Positions 19,165-29,588 of a stretch of DNA of 64,000 nucleotides are shown piece after piece (position 1 is the stretch's first letter; each line of letters opens with the position of its first letter). The stretch comes from Candidatus Poribacteria bacterium. Its GTDB lineage: Bacteria > Poribacteria > WGA-4E > WGA-3G. The stretch lies in NCBI GenBank assembly GCA_963663765.2, contig CAXXUA010000005.1:704001-768000 (forward strand), read 5' to 3'. The translations under genes were made by a program, and so were the position numbers. A model generated the notes under the pieces. The model saw only the letters and a program-made list of their open reading frames with translations, searched no databases and was not told the DNA's origin.

Positions 19165-19846
19165 TATAGTGAAATATACAATTAAGTTTACACCTCTTCT
19201 GTAGGAGCGATCTCCGAATCGCGACTGAACAATTTGATAGTCGGGAATCGGAGTTCCCTCCTACCCCTGAAAGTGTAAAAATAATTCTAAAATCCACTTT
19301 AAAGTGAAATATACAATTAAGTTTACACCTCTTCTGTAGGAGCGATCTCCGAATCGCGACTGAACAATTTGATAGTCGGGAATCGGAGTTCCCTCCTACC
19401 CCTGAAAGTGTAAAAATAATTCTAAAATCCACTTTAAAGTGAAATATACAATTAAGTTTACACCTCTTCTGTAGGAGCGATCTCCGAATCGCGACTGAAC
19501 AATTTGATAGTCGGGAATCGGAGTTCCCTCCTACCCCTGAAAGTGTAAAAATAATTCTAAAATCCACTTTATAGTGAAATATACAATTAAGTTTACACCT
19601 CTTCTGTAGGAGCGATCTCCGAATCGCGACTGAACAATTTGATAGTCGGGAATCGGAGTTCCCTCCTACCCCTGAAAGTGTAAAAATAATTCTAAAATCC
19701 ACTTTAAAGTGAAATATACAATTAAGTTTACACCTCTTCTGTAGGAGCGATCTCCGAATCGCGACTGAACAATTTGATAGTCGGGAATCGGAGTTCCCTC
19801 CTACCCCTGAAAGTGTAAAAATAATTCTAAAATCCACTTTAAAGTG
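19165..19846. repeat. Five near-identical head-to-tail 135-bp MITE-like units, each with a GTAGGAG REP doublet
   Basis: gtaggagcgat at 19201, 19336, 19471, 19606 and 19741; imperfect terminal IRs (tagtgaaat...atccacttta). Confidence 0.92.
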
Positions 19847-19932
19847 ATACATATAAGCGGAAAAGCGGTGTTGTTAGGAGGGTGGATTCCGCTGTTTTCA
19901 TGGTTTGTGCGGATTGTGTATGACATACGGTA

Positions 19933-22047
19933 CTAGGGTTTATCGTCTGTTAGTTCTGACATTGATGAGAGGTCCCACACAAGGACTGTGCCATCTTTAC
20001 TCTGACTTGCGAAGGTCCGATTGTCTGTACTAAATGACATACTAACTATCTGATTGACATGTCCTATGAGTATTCTCTTTCGTTCTGCTGTGAACGCATC
20101 CCATAAATTGATAGGTCCCTTCCGTAAACTACACGCGAGAATACTACCATCCGAACTGTAAGCAACATCTCCAACATAAAAGCTATTTTTGTTTGGTAAA
20201 TCTTGTATCACGAATGTTTGTTTCTGTTCACCAATTGACACATCCCACATTCGGACAGTTCTCTCATTCGCGCTGCTTGCCAACATACTACCATCTGGAC
20301 TAAAAGAAATGGATAGAATACTATCAGTATGTCCAATAAGAGTATGCTCCTGCTCTCCTGTCGCAACATCCCATAAACCTATCTGAAGATAATTGGCATC
20401 TGATATTCCTTTGAGCTTAGGCAGCACAGTTGCCACCGTCTGAAAATCTGGACTCAGTTGAGAAAAGTCGTTAGTTATAGTCTCTGCACCCGATATAATT
20501 GTTGTTTTTTTATGTTTACCAGTAGCAACATCCCATAGGAGGAAAGTACCATTCCGATTTTGACTCACAAGTGTCTTTCCATCCGGACTAAATGCAATTT
20601 TATAGATACCTCCAGTACCATCAGTGTATGCCTTGATCACTCTTTTATGTTTGCCCAAGAGAACATCCCACAAGCGAATAGTACCGGAAAGTCCGCTACT
20701 TGCGAGTATTCTCCCATCCGAACTGAACACCAGCGTGGTGACAGGTTTTCTATGTCCTTTAACCGTTTTCTTGTGTTCACCCGTTGAAACATCCCATAGA
20801 CGAACGGTTTTATCTGCACTTGCTGTAGCGAGGATTGTTCCATCCGGACTAAATGCCACGTCCGTAATTTCTTTCTTATGTCCTATAAGTGTTTTCTTAT
20901 ACTCGCCTGTTGCAGCATTCCAAAGATGAATTGTATTATCTTCTTTACATATTTGAATTGCTAAAGTTTTTCCATCTGAACTGAGCAATACTGTGCTAAA
21001 TTCAATCGTATGCCCCGAGATTGTATGCTTCTGCTTTCCTGTAGCAACATCCCATAGATGGAGCGGACCGTGTTCACTCCAACTCGCTAAAGTTTTTCCA
21101 TCCGGACTAAATGCTACTATTTTGACAGGAGATGTATGACCGGTGATAGTTTTCTTAAGTGTGCCAGTGGCGACATCCCAGAAATGTATAGTATTGTCAT
21201 TGTTCGGACGCGCGAGGATTGTTCCATCTGGACTAAACGCTACCGTAGAATCGTAATTCCGATCGCCTTGTATTGTGTGTTTGTATTTGAGTGTTGCGAC
21301 ATCCCATAAGTGGATACTACTGTCAGAAACCACAGTTACAAGTGTTTTGCCATCAGGACTAAATAAGAAACTTGAAACAGTATTTACATGTTCAATAACA
21401 TATTTCCTTTGCTTCCCTGTTGGAACATCCCATAGCCTGAGTATCCTATCATAACTTTCGCTTGCAAGTATCTTACCATCCAAACTGAATACAGTGTTAG
21501 AGCGTGAATAACCTTCTGTAAGAGATTTCTCAAGCTTACCTGTTGCGACATCCCAAAAATCCAAAGTACGATAGTCTGCCGCACTGACTAACGTTTGTCC
21601 ATTGTCAATGAATGTAAGACTGCTAATTGACCACATCCTTTCTTTAATAAAGGATTGCTTGTAGGTACCAGTGGGTACATCCCACAATTGGATAGAGCCG
21701 TCCCTGTTCCCACTTGCGAGGGTTTGACTATCTGGGGTGAATCTTATATCAGTTATCTGTGCTGATTGTCCCGGAAGGAATGATTTCGTCTCACCACTAT
21801 GTGCATCATAAAGCCATATACCAATGGAACTAACAACAGCTAAAACATTGCCATCAGGGGAATACTGCATCATTATTACAGTCCCTTTACCGATGCGAGC
21901 TTTTGCACCCTCTGGCAAATACCATTGCGGATTTTCAGGGATAAATGTTTCAAGTTCAGGTTGATCCTGTCTTGGAACAATAGTTAGTACCACAATAACT
22001 GATGCTAATGCGATGACTAAAAGGGTAAAAATCAGTGTCTTTTTCAT
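19933..22047 (-). CDS. WD40-repeat protein with N-terminal signal/anchor (array gene 8)
   Basis: GH...V..VAFSPDG..LAS....I.LWD repeats; QWYLPEGAKARIGKG leader motif. Confidence 0.95.
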   Translation of the reverse strand: MKKTLIFTLLVIALASVIVVLTIVPRQDQPELETFIPENPQWYLPEGAKARIGKGTVIMMQYSPDGNVLAVVSSIGIWLYDAHSGETKSFLPGQSAQITDIRFTPDSQTLASGNRDGSIQLWDVPTGTYKQSFIKERMWSISSLTFIDNGQTLVSAADYRTLDFWDVATGKLEKSLTEGYSRSNTVFSLDGKILASESYDRILRLWDVPTGKQRKYVIEHVNTVSSFLFSPDGKTLVTVVSDSSIHLWDVATLKYKHTIQGDRNYDSTVAFSPDGTILARPNNDNTIHFWDVATGTLKKTITGHTSPVKIVAFSPDGKTLASWSEHGPLHLWDVATGKQKHTISGHTIEFSTVLLSSDGKTLAIQICKEDNTIHLWNAATGEYKKTLIGHKKEITDVAFSPDGTILATASADKTVRLWDVSTGEHKKTVKGHRKPVTTLVFSSDGRILASSGLSGTIRLWDVLLGKHKRVIKAYTDGTGGIYKIAFSPDGKTLVSQNRNGTFLLWDVATGKHKKTTIISGAETITNDFSQLSPDFQTVATVLPKLKGISDANYLQIGLWDVATGEQEHTLIGHTDSILSISFSPDGSMLASSANERTVRMWDVSIGEQKQTFVIQDLPNKNSFYVGDVAYSSDGSILACSLRKGPINLWDAFTAERKRILIGHVNQIVSMSFSTDNRTFASQSKDGTVLVWDLSSMSELTDDKP

Positions 22048-22086
22048 CTGAAAACTTCCTTTCCATTAATTAAATAATCCAATTAT

Positions 22087-24300
22087 CTAATCTGACTTGT
22101 CTGTAGCATTAAGTATAGAAGAAAGATCCCACACAAGCACTGTGCCATCGCCACTCATACTTGTAAGTGTAAGTCCATCAGCACTAAATGAAATCTCCTT
22201 TATCAATTTGGTATGTCCACTGAGTATTTTCTTTAGTTGTCCCGATTCGGTATCCCATAAGTAGATAGGTCCGCGACCAATGCCATTTGCGATTATTCTT
22301 CCATCCGGACTGAAAGACAACAATTTGATGCGCGCATCACGGATAGGATTGTAATGAATCCAAGACTGATCTCTAAGAACATGCTTTTGTTGACCTGTAG
22401 CAACATCCCACATACGGAGAGTATTGTCTTCACTACCAGTGGCGAGTGTTTTCCCATCTGGACTGAAAATGACATTTGTAACATCATTTGAATATCCAAT
22501 ATAAGTGTGTTGCTTCGTTGCATCAGCAACATTCCACAACTCTATTTGATGAGACCTTTTTGGTTCATCTGAATTTGTTTTATCATAATCACGTTTGAAA
22601 GTTATCGCCAAAGTGGTTCCGTCCGGACTAAATACCGCATTTGATACATTATTCAGTTGTTCGGAGAATAATTCAATTTGTTTACCTGTTGACACATCCC
22701 ACACGTAGAAATCATCCTTACAACTCACATAGACAAGGTGTTTTCCATCAGGACTGAAGAACAGTTCAGGACTGAAGAACAGATGCTGGGTATCATTTAT
22801 AACGCCAGTTAGGGTTTTCTTGCGTCTCCCTGATTTGGCATTCCATAGATATATTTCCTCATTTTTACTTGCTGCTGCAAGCGTTTTTCCATCAGGACTG
22901 AATGCCAGATTATAATAGATTTCTTTTTTTACTCTGATTGTTTTCAATTTTTTGCCCGTAATGACATCCCACAGACGGATAGTATCATCTTCACTGCAGG
23001 TTGCAAGTATAGTTCCATCTGGGTTAAATTCAGTATCTCTAATCAGACCTGTATGTCCATCATATATTTTTATCTGTTTTCCTGTTGTTATATCACTTAG
23101 ATAGAAGTTATATCTAATAATTATACCGTCACGGCTGGCAAGGGTTTTTCCATCAGCACTTAATGATGATGATGGGATATGTGGACAAGAAGGATGTCCT
23201 GTGATTATTTGCTTAGACTTTCCTGTTGAAATATCCCAGAGGTAGAAGGACGCTTCATCACTCCAACTCACGAGCGATTTCTCATCCGGACTGATGGATA
23301 CGAAACGCGGTCTATGCGGATCGCAAAAGACCGTTTTCTTTTCCTGTCCTGTTTCCACATCCCACAGACTCAGTGTACTTTCTATTACATCCGCAGTAAT
23401 GAGTGTTTTGCCATCTGCACTGAACGTCATACTTTTGACATTATATCTGGATGTATTTTTGATTTTTTTCACCAATTCCCCTGTATCAACATTCCTTAAG
23501 AAGATAGAATTGTCTTTTTTCAAATAGTCTTTACTTTCTTTACTTTCTTTACTTTCTTTACCTTCATACGCAAGAACTTTTCCATCCGGACTGAAAGCCA
23601 TTGTCCATAATAATGGCAGATAGGCATCAAATGTTTTATTCTGGTTTTCATTACCCATATATTCTATTTCAACAGTATTAGCAGTACTATCAACCTCAGT
23701 GACGACGACTTGTTCTCCATTTAATGTAATGTGTGTGTCTTTATTGAGAGGAAATTTATGAAAGGATTGCTTATGTGTGTTTGTTGTTATATCCCATAGA
23801 TTGATTTCGCTGGTGCTGGTACTTGCAAGGGTTTTTCCATCAGCACTGAATACAACATTAATAATTTTATACCTGTGACCGATGAACGTTTGTTTAAGTG
23901 TGCCTTCAGGCATGTTCCATAGGCTAACTAATTTGTTATCACCTCCACTTGCCAGGGTTTTCCCATCAGGACTGAATGCGATTGTATTGACAGAAATATG
24001 TGGCATCAACAACGCAAGTTCCTTTCCGCTCTGTCCATCATAAAGCCATAGTCCGATTGTGGTTGCTACTGCTAACGTGGTGTTATCATGTGAAAATGCA
24101 ATCTTATTGATTGCTCCTTTACCATATCTCAATTTTGCACTTTCTGGTAAGTGCCACTGTGGGGATTTATGAAAACTGATTTCAATTTCTGGTTTTTCTT
24201 GCTTTGTACTGGGAATTTGCATAAGAATAATAATAGTGATAAAAACAAAGAATACCATAGTATAAATTTGCCTATCTTTTTCATAATACTTTTTTTTCAT
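22087..24300 (-). CDS. WD40-repeat protein (array gene 7)
   Basis: WD40 repeats, N-terminal hydrophobic segment, QWHLPESAKLRYGKG. Confidence 0.95.
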   Translation of the reverse strand: MKKKYYEKDRQIYTMVFFVFITIIILMQIPSTKQEKPEIEISFHKSPQWHLPESAKLRYGKGAINKIAFSHDNTTLAVATTIGLWLYDGQSGKELALLMPHISVNTIAFSPDGKTLASGGDNKLVSLWNMPEGTLKQTFIGHRYKIINVVFSADGKTLASTSTSEINLWDITTNTHKQSFHKFPLNKDTHITLNGEQVVVTEVDSTANTVEIEYMGNENQNKTFDAYLPLLWTMAFSPDGKVLAYEGKESKESKESKDYLKKDNSIFLRNVDTGELVKKIKNTSRYNVKSMTFSADGKTLITADVIESTLSLWDVETGQEKKTVFCDPHRPRFVSISPDEKSLVSWSDEASFYLWDISTGKSKQIITGHPSCPHIPSSSLSADGKTLASRDGIIIRYNFYLSDITTGKQIKIYDGHTGLIRDTEFNPDGTILATCSEDDTIRLWDVITGKKLKTIRVKKEIYYNLAFSPDGKTLAAASKNEEIYLWNAKSGRRKKTLTGVINDTQHLFFSPELFFSPDGKHLVYVSCKDDFYVWDVSTGKQIELFSEQLNNVSNAVFSPDGTTLAITFKRDYDKTNSDEPKRSHQIELWNVADATKQHTYIGYSNDVTNVIFSPDGKTLATGSEDNTLRMWDVATGQQKHVLRDQSWIHYNPIRDARIKLLSFSPDGRIIANGIGRGPIYLWDTESGQLKKILSGHTKLIKEISFSADGLTLTSMSGDGTVLVWDLSSILNATDKSD

Positions 24301-24660
24301 TTGATAATCCCTTTTTGATCATGCCATTTCAGTTACATTTCCTGCTTATTACGACTTACAGTTCTACAGTATTTTACAAAATCCATTTAATTTTGTCTCA
24401 ATATAGAACTCCACTTTAATCGCTGATTGTAGGTCGTTCCTACCGATGAGATCAGGGTTATTTAGTTTTCAATATTTTTGATAATATTTTGCTATGTCGT
24501 TAATTTTATGTAATACCATCTTGTTCATGTCTTTAGTGGTTTTCTTGCTAAGTATTTATTATATGTTTCCATTGACGATCTACTACTTAAACAGATGACT
24601 ACTGGGTTCTTCAGCATTGGAATTTTATTTTATGCTAAAATTAATTGCCGAAAGAACCAT

Positions 24661-24819
24661 TTAGTTCCGTAGGAACGATATGTTTATAGAAAATGTTTTC
24701 CACTCCAATTGAGTTCCGTAGGAACGACATAGAAGAATAAACATATCGTCCCTACGGGACTAAAGAACTGAGGAGGGTATTAGTTTTCTATAAACATATC
24801 GTCCCTATGGGACTAAAGA
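24661..24819. repeat. Cluster of four gt(t/c)ccgtagg(a/g)ac REP-like units (two forward, two reverse)
   Basis: Same unit as family-1 MITE cargo, arranged as a large inverted structure. Confidence 0.75.
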
Positions 24820-25009
24820 GCGATGTTCATGTTTCAATAATCTAAAATTGATGCATAAAGTTCGGTTAGGTAACCAAACCCGTGTATTAACTTTCAGTAA
24901 ATCTAAATAACAGAAAACTCTTAAAACTAAATAACCCTTTGATGAGATAACCTCTAACCAACAATAACAGTGTAATTCTATAATGGAACAGGAATTATTA
25001 GAAATGCTA

Positions 25010-27205
25010 TTACTCCACCTCATCTGTAACATTATGTATAGAAGCGAGATCCCATACAAGCACTGTGCCATCCCAACTGCTACTTGTAAGTGTACGTCCA
25101 TCTGCACTAAATGAAATGTCATTTACCCACCGTGTATGTCCTTTGAGTATCTTCTTTATTTGTCCAGCTGCAGTATCCCATAAGTAGATAGGTCCGCGAC
25201 TAATCCCATTTGCGATTATTTTTCCATCCGGACTGAAAGACAACAATTTGATGTTCTCATCACCGATAGGTCTATCATGAATCCAAGACCGATCTCGGAG
25301 AACATGCTTTTGTTGACCCGTGGTGACATCCCACAAACGGAGGGTATTGTCTTTACTACCAGTGGCAAGTGTTTTTCCATCTGGACTGAAAATGGCATTT
25401 GTAACCACATCTGTATGTCCAATAAAAGTGTGTTGCTTCGTAGCATCAGCAACGTTCCACAACTCTATATCATGGGACTTTTTTGGTTCATCTGAATACA
25501 ACGATTTGTAAACACGTTTGAAGGTTATCGCCAAGGTAGTTCCATCCGGACTGAATACCGCATTTGATACATTTTTCAGTTGTTCAGAGAATATTTCATT
25601 TTTTTCACCTGTTGACACATTCCACACATAGAAATTATTTTTATAGGATGAGCTGGCAAACACATTGCCAGATATACTGGCAATGTGTTTGCCATCAGGA
25701 CTAAAGACCAGTCGGTGTACATCATTTGTACCGCCGGATAGGGTTTTCTTGCGTCTCCCTGAGTTGGCATGCCATAGATATATTTCCCCTTTATTTCTAC
25801 TTGCTACTGCAAGCGTTTTTCCATCAGGACTGAATGCCAGATTAAAACTGATTTCTTTTCTTGCTCTGATTGTTTTCAATTTCTTGCCCGTAGTAACATC
25901 CCATATACGGATAATATCATCTTCACTACAAGTTGCAAGTATCGTTCCATCTGAGTTAAATTCAGTATCTCTAATATGTCCCTTATGTCCATCATATACT
26001 TTTATCTGTTTTCCTGTTGAAATATTACTCATATAGAAGCTGTTTCTACCACCCCAACTATCCATGCTTGCAATAGTTTGTCCATCTGTGCTCAATGGTG
26101 CGAAATAAGACCAAGATGGGTGTCCAGTGATTATTTGCTTATGTTTTCCTGTTTCCACATTCCATAAATAATAGGACATTTCAACACCCCAGCTCGCGAG
26201 TGTCTTGTTATCTGGACTAACAGATACGTTTTGCGGTTTATGCGGATAGCAAAAGATCGTTTTCTTTTCCTCTCCAGTTTTGACATCCCACAGACTCAAT
26301 GTATATTCTATTAGATTCGTAGTAATGAGTGTTTTGCCATCTGCACTGAACGTCATACTACAAACATCATATTTTGATGCATCATTTCTTTCTGTATTGA
26401 TTTTTTTCACCAATTCCCCTGTATCAACATTCCTTAAGGTGATAAAACTGTCTTTTTTCCTATAATCTTTACTTTCATACGCAAGTAATTTTCCATCCGG
26501 ACTGAAAGCCATTGCCTGTATTGACGCATGATTATTTTCAATTGTAATTAATGTCTTTTCAGTATCCACATAGTTTGTCTGTCTTTCACTATCCAGATAA
26601 TTTATTTCAAGAGTATTATCCTCAACATTAGTGAGGACAACTTGTTCACCATTTAATGTAATGTGTGTTCCAGTTGGGGTAAATCTATCGAAAAATTGCT
26701 TGTGTGTACTTGTTTCAATATCCCACAGATTGATACTGCCGTTACCGGTACTTGCGAGTGTTTTGCCATCTGCACTGAACCTAACGTCAACGATTTCATG
26801 TCTATGACCGATTAATGTTTGCTTATATGTACCTTCAGGTATATTCCAGAGTCTAACTAAATTGTCATCGCCGCCACTGGCAAGTGTTTTCCCATCAGGA
26901 CTGAATGCGATTGTATTGACAGAAATATGTGGCATCAACAATGCAAGTTCCTTTCCGCTCTGTCCATCATAGAGCCATAGTCCGATCGTGGTTGCCACTG
27001 CTAACGTGGTGTTATCATGTGAAAATACAATCTTATTGATTGCTCCTTTACCCAATCGCAATTTTGCACTATCTGGTAGATGCCATTGTGGAGATTGATT
27101 ATAACTGATTTCAACTTCTGGGGCTTCTTGTATTGATATGACAATGAGCACAATAAGAGCAGCAAAAACAAGGATTGCCAAAGCATACAACAACATTTTT
27201 TTCAT
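25010..27205 (-). CDS. WD40-repeat protein (array gene 6), close paralog of 22087-24300
   Basis: WD40 repeats; blocks shared with the downstream paralog. Confidence 0.95.
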   Translation of the reverse strand: MKKMLLYALAILVFAALIVLIVISIQEAPEVEISYNQSPQWHLPDSAKLRLGKGAINKIVFSHDNTTLAVATTIGLWLYDGQSGKELALLMPHISVNTIAFSPDGKTLASGGDDNLVRLWNIPEGTYKQTLIGHRHEIVDVRFSADGKTLASTGNGSINLWDIETSTHKQFFDRFTPTGTHITLNGEQVVLTNVEDNTLEINYLDSERQTNYVDTEKTLITIENNHASIQAMAFSPDGKLLAYESKDYRKKDSFITLRNVDTGELVKKINTERNDASKYDVCSMTFSADGKTLITTNLIEYTLSLWDVKTGEEKKTIFCYPHKPQNVSVSPDNKTLASWGVEMSYYLWNVETGKHKQIITGHPSWSYFAPLSTDGQTIASMDSWGGRNSFYMSNISTGKQIKVYDGHKGHIRDTEFNSDGTILATCSEDDIIRIWDVTTGKKLKTIRARKEISFNLAFSPDGKTLAVASRNKGEIYLWHANSGRRKKTLSGGTNDVHRLVFSPDGKHIASISGNVFASSSYKNNFYVWNVSTGEKNEIFSEQLKNVSNAVFSPDGTTLAITFKRVYKSLYSDEPKKSHDIELWNVADATKQHTFIGHTDVVTNAIFSPDGKTLATGSKDNTLRLWDVTTGQQKHVLRDRSWIHDRPIGDENIKLLSFSPDGKIIANGISRGPIYLWDTAAGQIKKILKGHTRWVNDISFSADGRTLTSSSWDGTVLVWDLASIHNVTDEVE

Positions 27206-27277
27206 GTGATAATCTCCTTTTGACTATACAATTTAAGATATATTTTCTCCTAACCACTTCTTACGGTTCTGTCCTGA

Positions 27278-29263
27278 TTATTTTCTATCCGGTGTGTTAA
27301 CTATAGATGATACATCCCACAACAGTATTGTTGCATCTGATCCTCCGCTTGCGAGCGTGCTTCCATCTGGACTAAATATTACATCCAGGATCCTGTGTGT
27401 ACGTCCTCTGTATATCTTCATTTGTTCACCATTAACAACATCCCATAGACGGATACCCCTCAACATATTAGGCGTTAATAAGAACGGATTACTTTCACAA
27501 GCGAGTGTTTTTCCATCCGGTGTAAACATCACATTCCAATCTGTTTGATATATCCCTGTCAGTGTGTGTTCTTGTTCATGTGTGGTTAAGTTCCATAAAC
27601 GGAGTGTGTTGTCCTGACTTGTACTTGCAAGCGTTTTTTCATCCAAACTGAAGGAGAGATTGTCTACTTCATGCGTATGTCCTATAAGTGTTTGCGTGTG
27701 TTCACCACTTGTTGCGTCCCAAATCCGTATTTTACCGTTCTGACTACCACTGGTAAGTAGCTTCCCATTTGGACTAAAAGATAGACTTGTAATGGGTTCA
27801 GTATGTCCTATAAGTGTTTTTGCATGAGTGCGTGTAGCCATATCCCAGAAGAAGATAGTATTGTCTGCACCTCCAGTTGCGAGAATTTTTCCATCCGGAC
27901 TAAATGCAACACTTTCTACGAATCCTGTATGTTTTTTGATGGTTTTTAGCAGTTTTCCAGTTTCAGTATCCCATAAGTAAATATCTTTTTTCCCATTTTT
28001 TTCGCCAAAATCATCAGTAAAATTTATATCTTCGAAAATTCCAGTTGAGCTGACAAGTGTCTTTCCATCCGGACTAAATGCAATATTTTCAACATAGTAG
28101 TTTCGTTTAGTTTGGGTGTCAAACAGGTATTGATTCGTAAGGTCTTTTTTGTGTCGTCCGGTTCTTGCATCCCACAAGCGAATGGTGTTATCATCACTTG
28201 TACTTGCAAGTGTTTTGCCATCGGGACTAAAAAAGATGTTCCTAACAGAGTGACCATGTCCTTTCGTCATATTTATCTGTTTTCCTGATTTAACGTCCCA
28301 CAAGCGGATTGTGTGGTGTAAATTGGCACTTGCGAGCGTTTTACCATCAGGACTAAACGCAACATGACCCACATGATCTTCAAAGTTAAAAAGTTTCATC
28401 TGTTTTTTTGTTGTTGTATCCCATAGACGAATCGTTTTGTCTTCGCTACCACTTGCAACCGTCCGTCCATCAGGACTGAATGCGATACTATAGACCGATC
28501 CGGTATGTCCTTTCAGAAGGTGCTGCTGTTTGCCTGTTTCAGCATCCCATAGACGAATCGTTTTGTCTTCGCTGCCACTTGCAAGCATCTGTCCATCAGG
28601 ACTGAATGCGATACTGTACACCTTTTTCTTGTGTCCAGTGAGTTTTCGCTGTTCTTTACCTGTATTGACATCCCATAAATACATATCTCCCACGCCATTA
28701 CCCGTTACGATGGTTGTGCTATCCGGACTGAATGTTGCACAAGAGATACCGTCCTGATGCGCTATCTCGGTTTCTTGTTCACTGCCTGATTCAGCATCCC
28801 AAAACTTGATTTTGTTGTAACCCACCCCTGCAATAGTTTTACCATCCGGACTATACAAGACAATATTATAGCTGCCTTTGAGATATTTCTTACTCTTTTT
28901 ATTGGCAACATCCCAAAGTTTAATACCAATGCCAAAACGTGCCGAATGATTTGCACTTACAAGCGTTTCACCATCTGGACTAAACGATACGCTCGTGCTT
29001 CCAAAACGTCCAATCTTTTCCGTTAGGAGAGCAATTTCATTTAGTGTATGTGCGTCATAGAACCAGATGCCTATTGAACCTGATACTGCTAACAATTTGC
29101 CATCTGGTGAATACTCCATATCACGTATTGTGCCTTTACCGAGACGGATTTTTGCATCATCGGGTAAATGCCATTGTGTGTAGTCTTGAGCAGATGTATA
29201 CGGTATGCAAAGCAGGAAGAAAATAAGCAACAACCAAAAACTTGAAAAGAACGTTTTTTTCAT
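27278..29263 (-). CDS. Secreted WD40-repeat protein (array gene 5)
   Basis: Signal peptide ..AQDYTQWHLPDDAKIRLGKG, WD40 repeats, AGGAG RBS. Confidence 0.95.
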   Translation of the reverse strand: MKKTFFSSFWLLLIFFLLCIPYTSAQDYTQWHLPDDAKIRLGKGTIRDMEYSPDGKLLAVSGSIGIWFYDAHTLNEIALLTEKIGRFGSTSVSFSPDGETLVSANHSARFGIGIKLWDVANKKSKKYLKGSYNIVLYSPDGKTIAGVGYNKIKFWDAESGSEQETEIAHQDGISCATFSPDSTTIVTGNGVGDMYLWDVNTGKEQRKLTGHKKKVYSIAFSPDGQMLASGSEDKTIRLWDAETGKQQHLLKGHTGSVYSIAFSPDGRTVASGSEDKTIRLWDTTTKKQMKLFNFEDHVGHVAFSPDGKTLASANLHHTIRLWDVKSGKQINMTKGHGHSVRNIFFSPDGKTLASTSDDNTIRLWDARTGRHKKDLTNQYLFDTQTKRNYYVENIAFSPDGKTLVSSTGIFEDINFTDDFGEKNGKKDIYLWDTETGKLLKTIKKHTGFVESVAFSPDGKILATGGADNTIFFWDMATRTHAKTLIGHTEPITSLSFSPNGKLLTSGSQNGKIRIWDATSGEHTQTLIGHTHEVDNLSFSLDEKTLASTSQDNTLRLWNLTTHEQEHTLTGIYQTDWNVMFTPDGKTLACESNPFLLTPNMLRGIRLWDVVNGEQMKIYRGRTHRILDVIFSPDGSTLASGGSDATILLWDVSSIVNTPDRK

Positions 29264-29296
29264 CTGAAACTTCTCCTTATGGCATTCTACAATATT

Positions 29297-29573
29297 ACGA
29301 GTTGTGCTAAATAACTATATGTTAACCATTGTTTCACATAAGCATGGCGTTTTGCAGGTGTCCTTCATAGTTTGAAACGATCTTTAGTCCCGTAGGGACG
29401 ATATGTTTATAGAAAAACGGCATAGTACATCCTCTTTAGTCCCGTAGGGACGATATGTTTATAGAAAAACGGCATAGTACATCCTCTTTAGTCCCGTAGG
29501 GACGATATGTGTGCATTATAAACCTAATATATGTAAAAACTTTGAAAACAATGGGTTAACTGGCACAAGTCGT
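29297..29573. mobile_element. MITE family 1 copy (277 bp, three empty REP units), 6-bp TSD AATATT
   Basis: Paralogous empty site cattctacaatattgtattgg at about 33811-33831 defines the boundaries and TSD. Confidence 0.95.
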
Positions 29574-29588
29574 AATATTGTATTGGTA

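Noticed and set aside
19076-19852. 258-aa ORF with five 45-aa repeats
   Set aside because: Translation of the 135-bp tandem MITE, ending inside another MITE.
24340-24650. Possible pseudogene or IS remnant in an AT-rich spacer
   Set aside because: Only short open frames with no recognisable motif.
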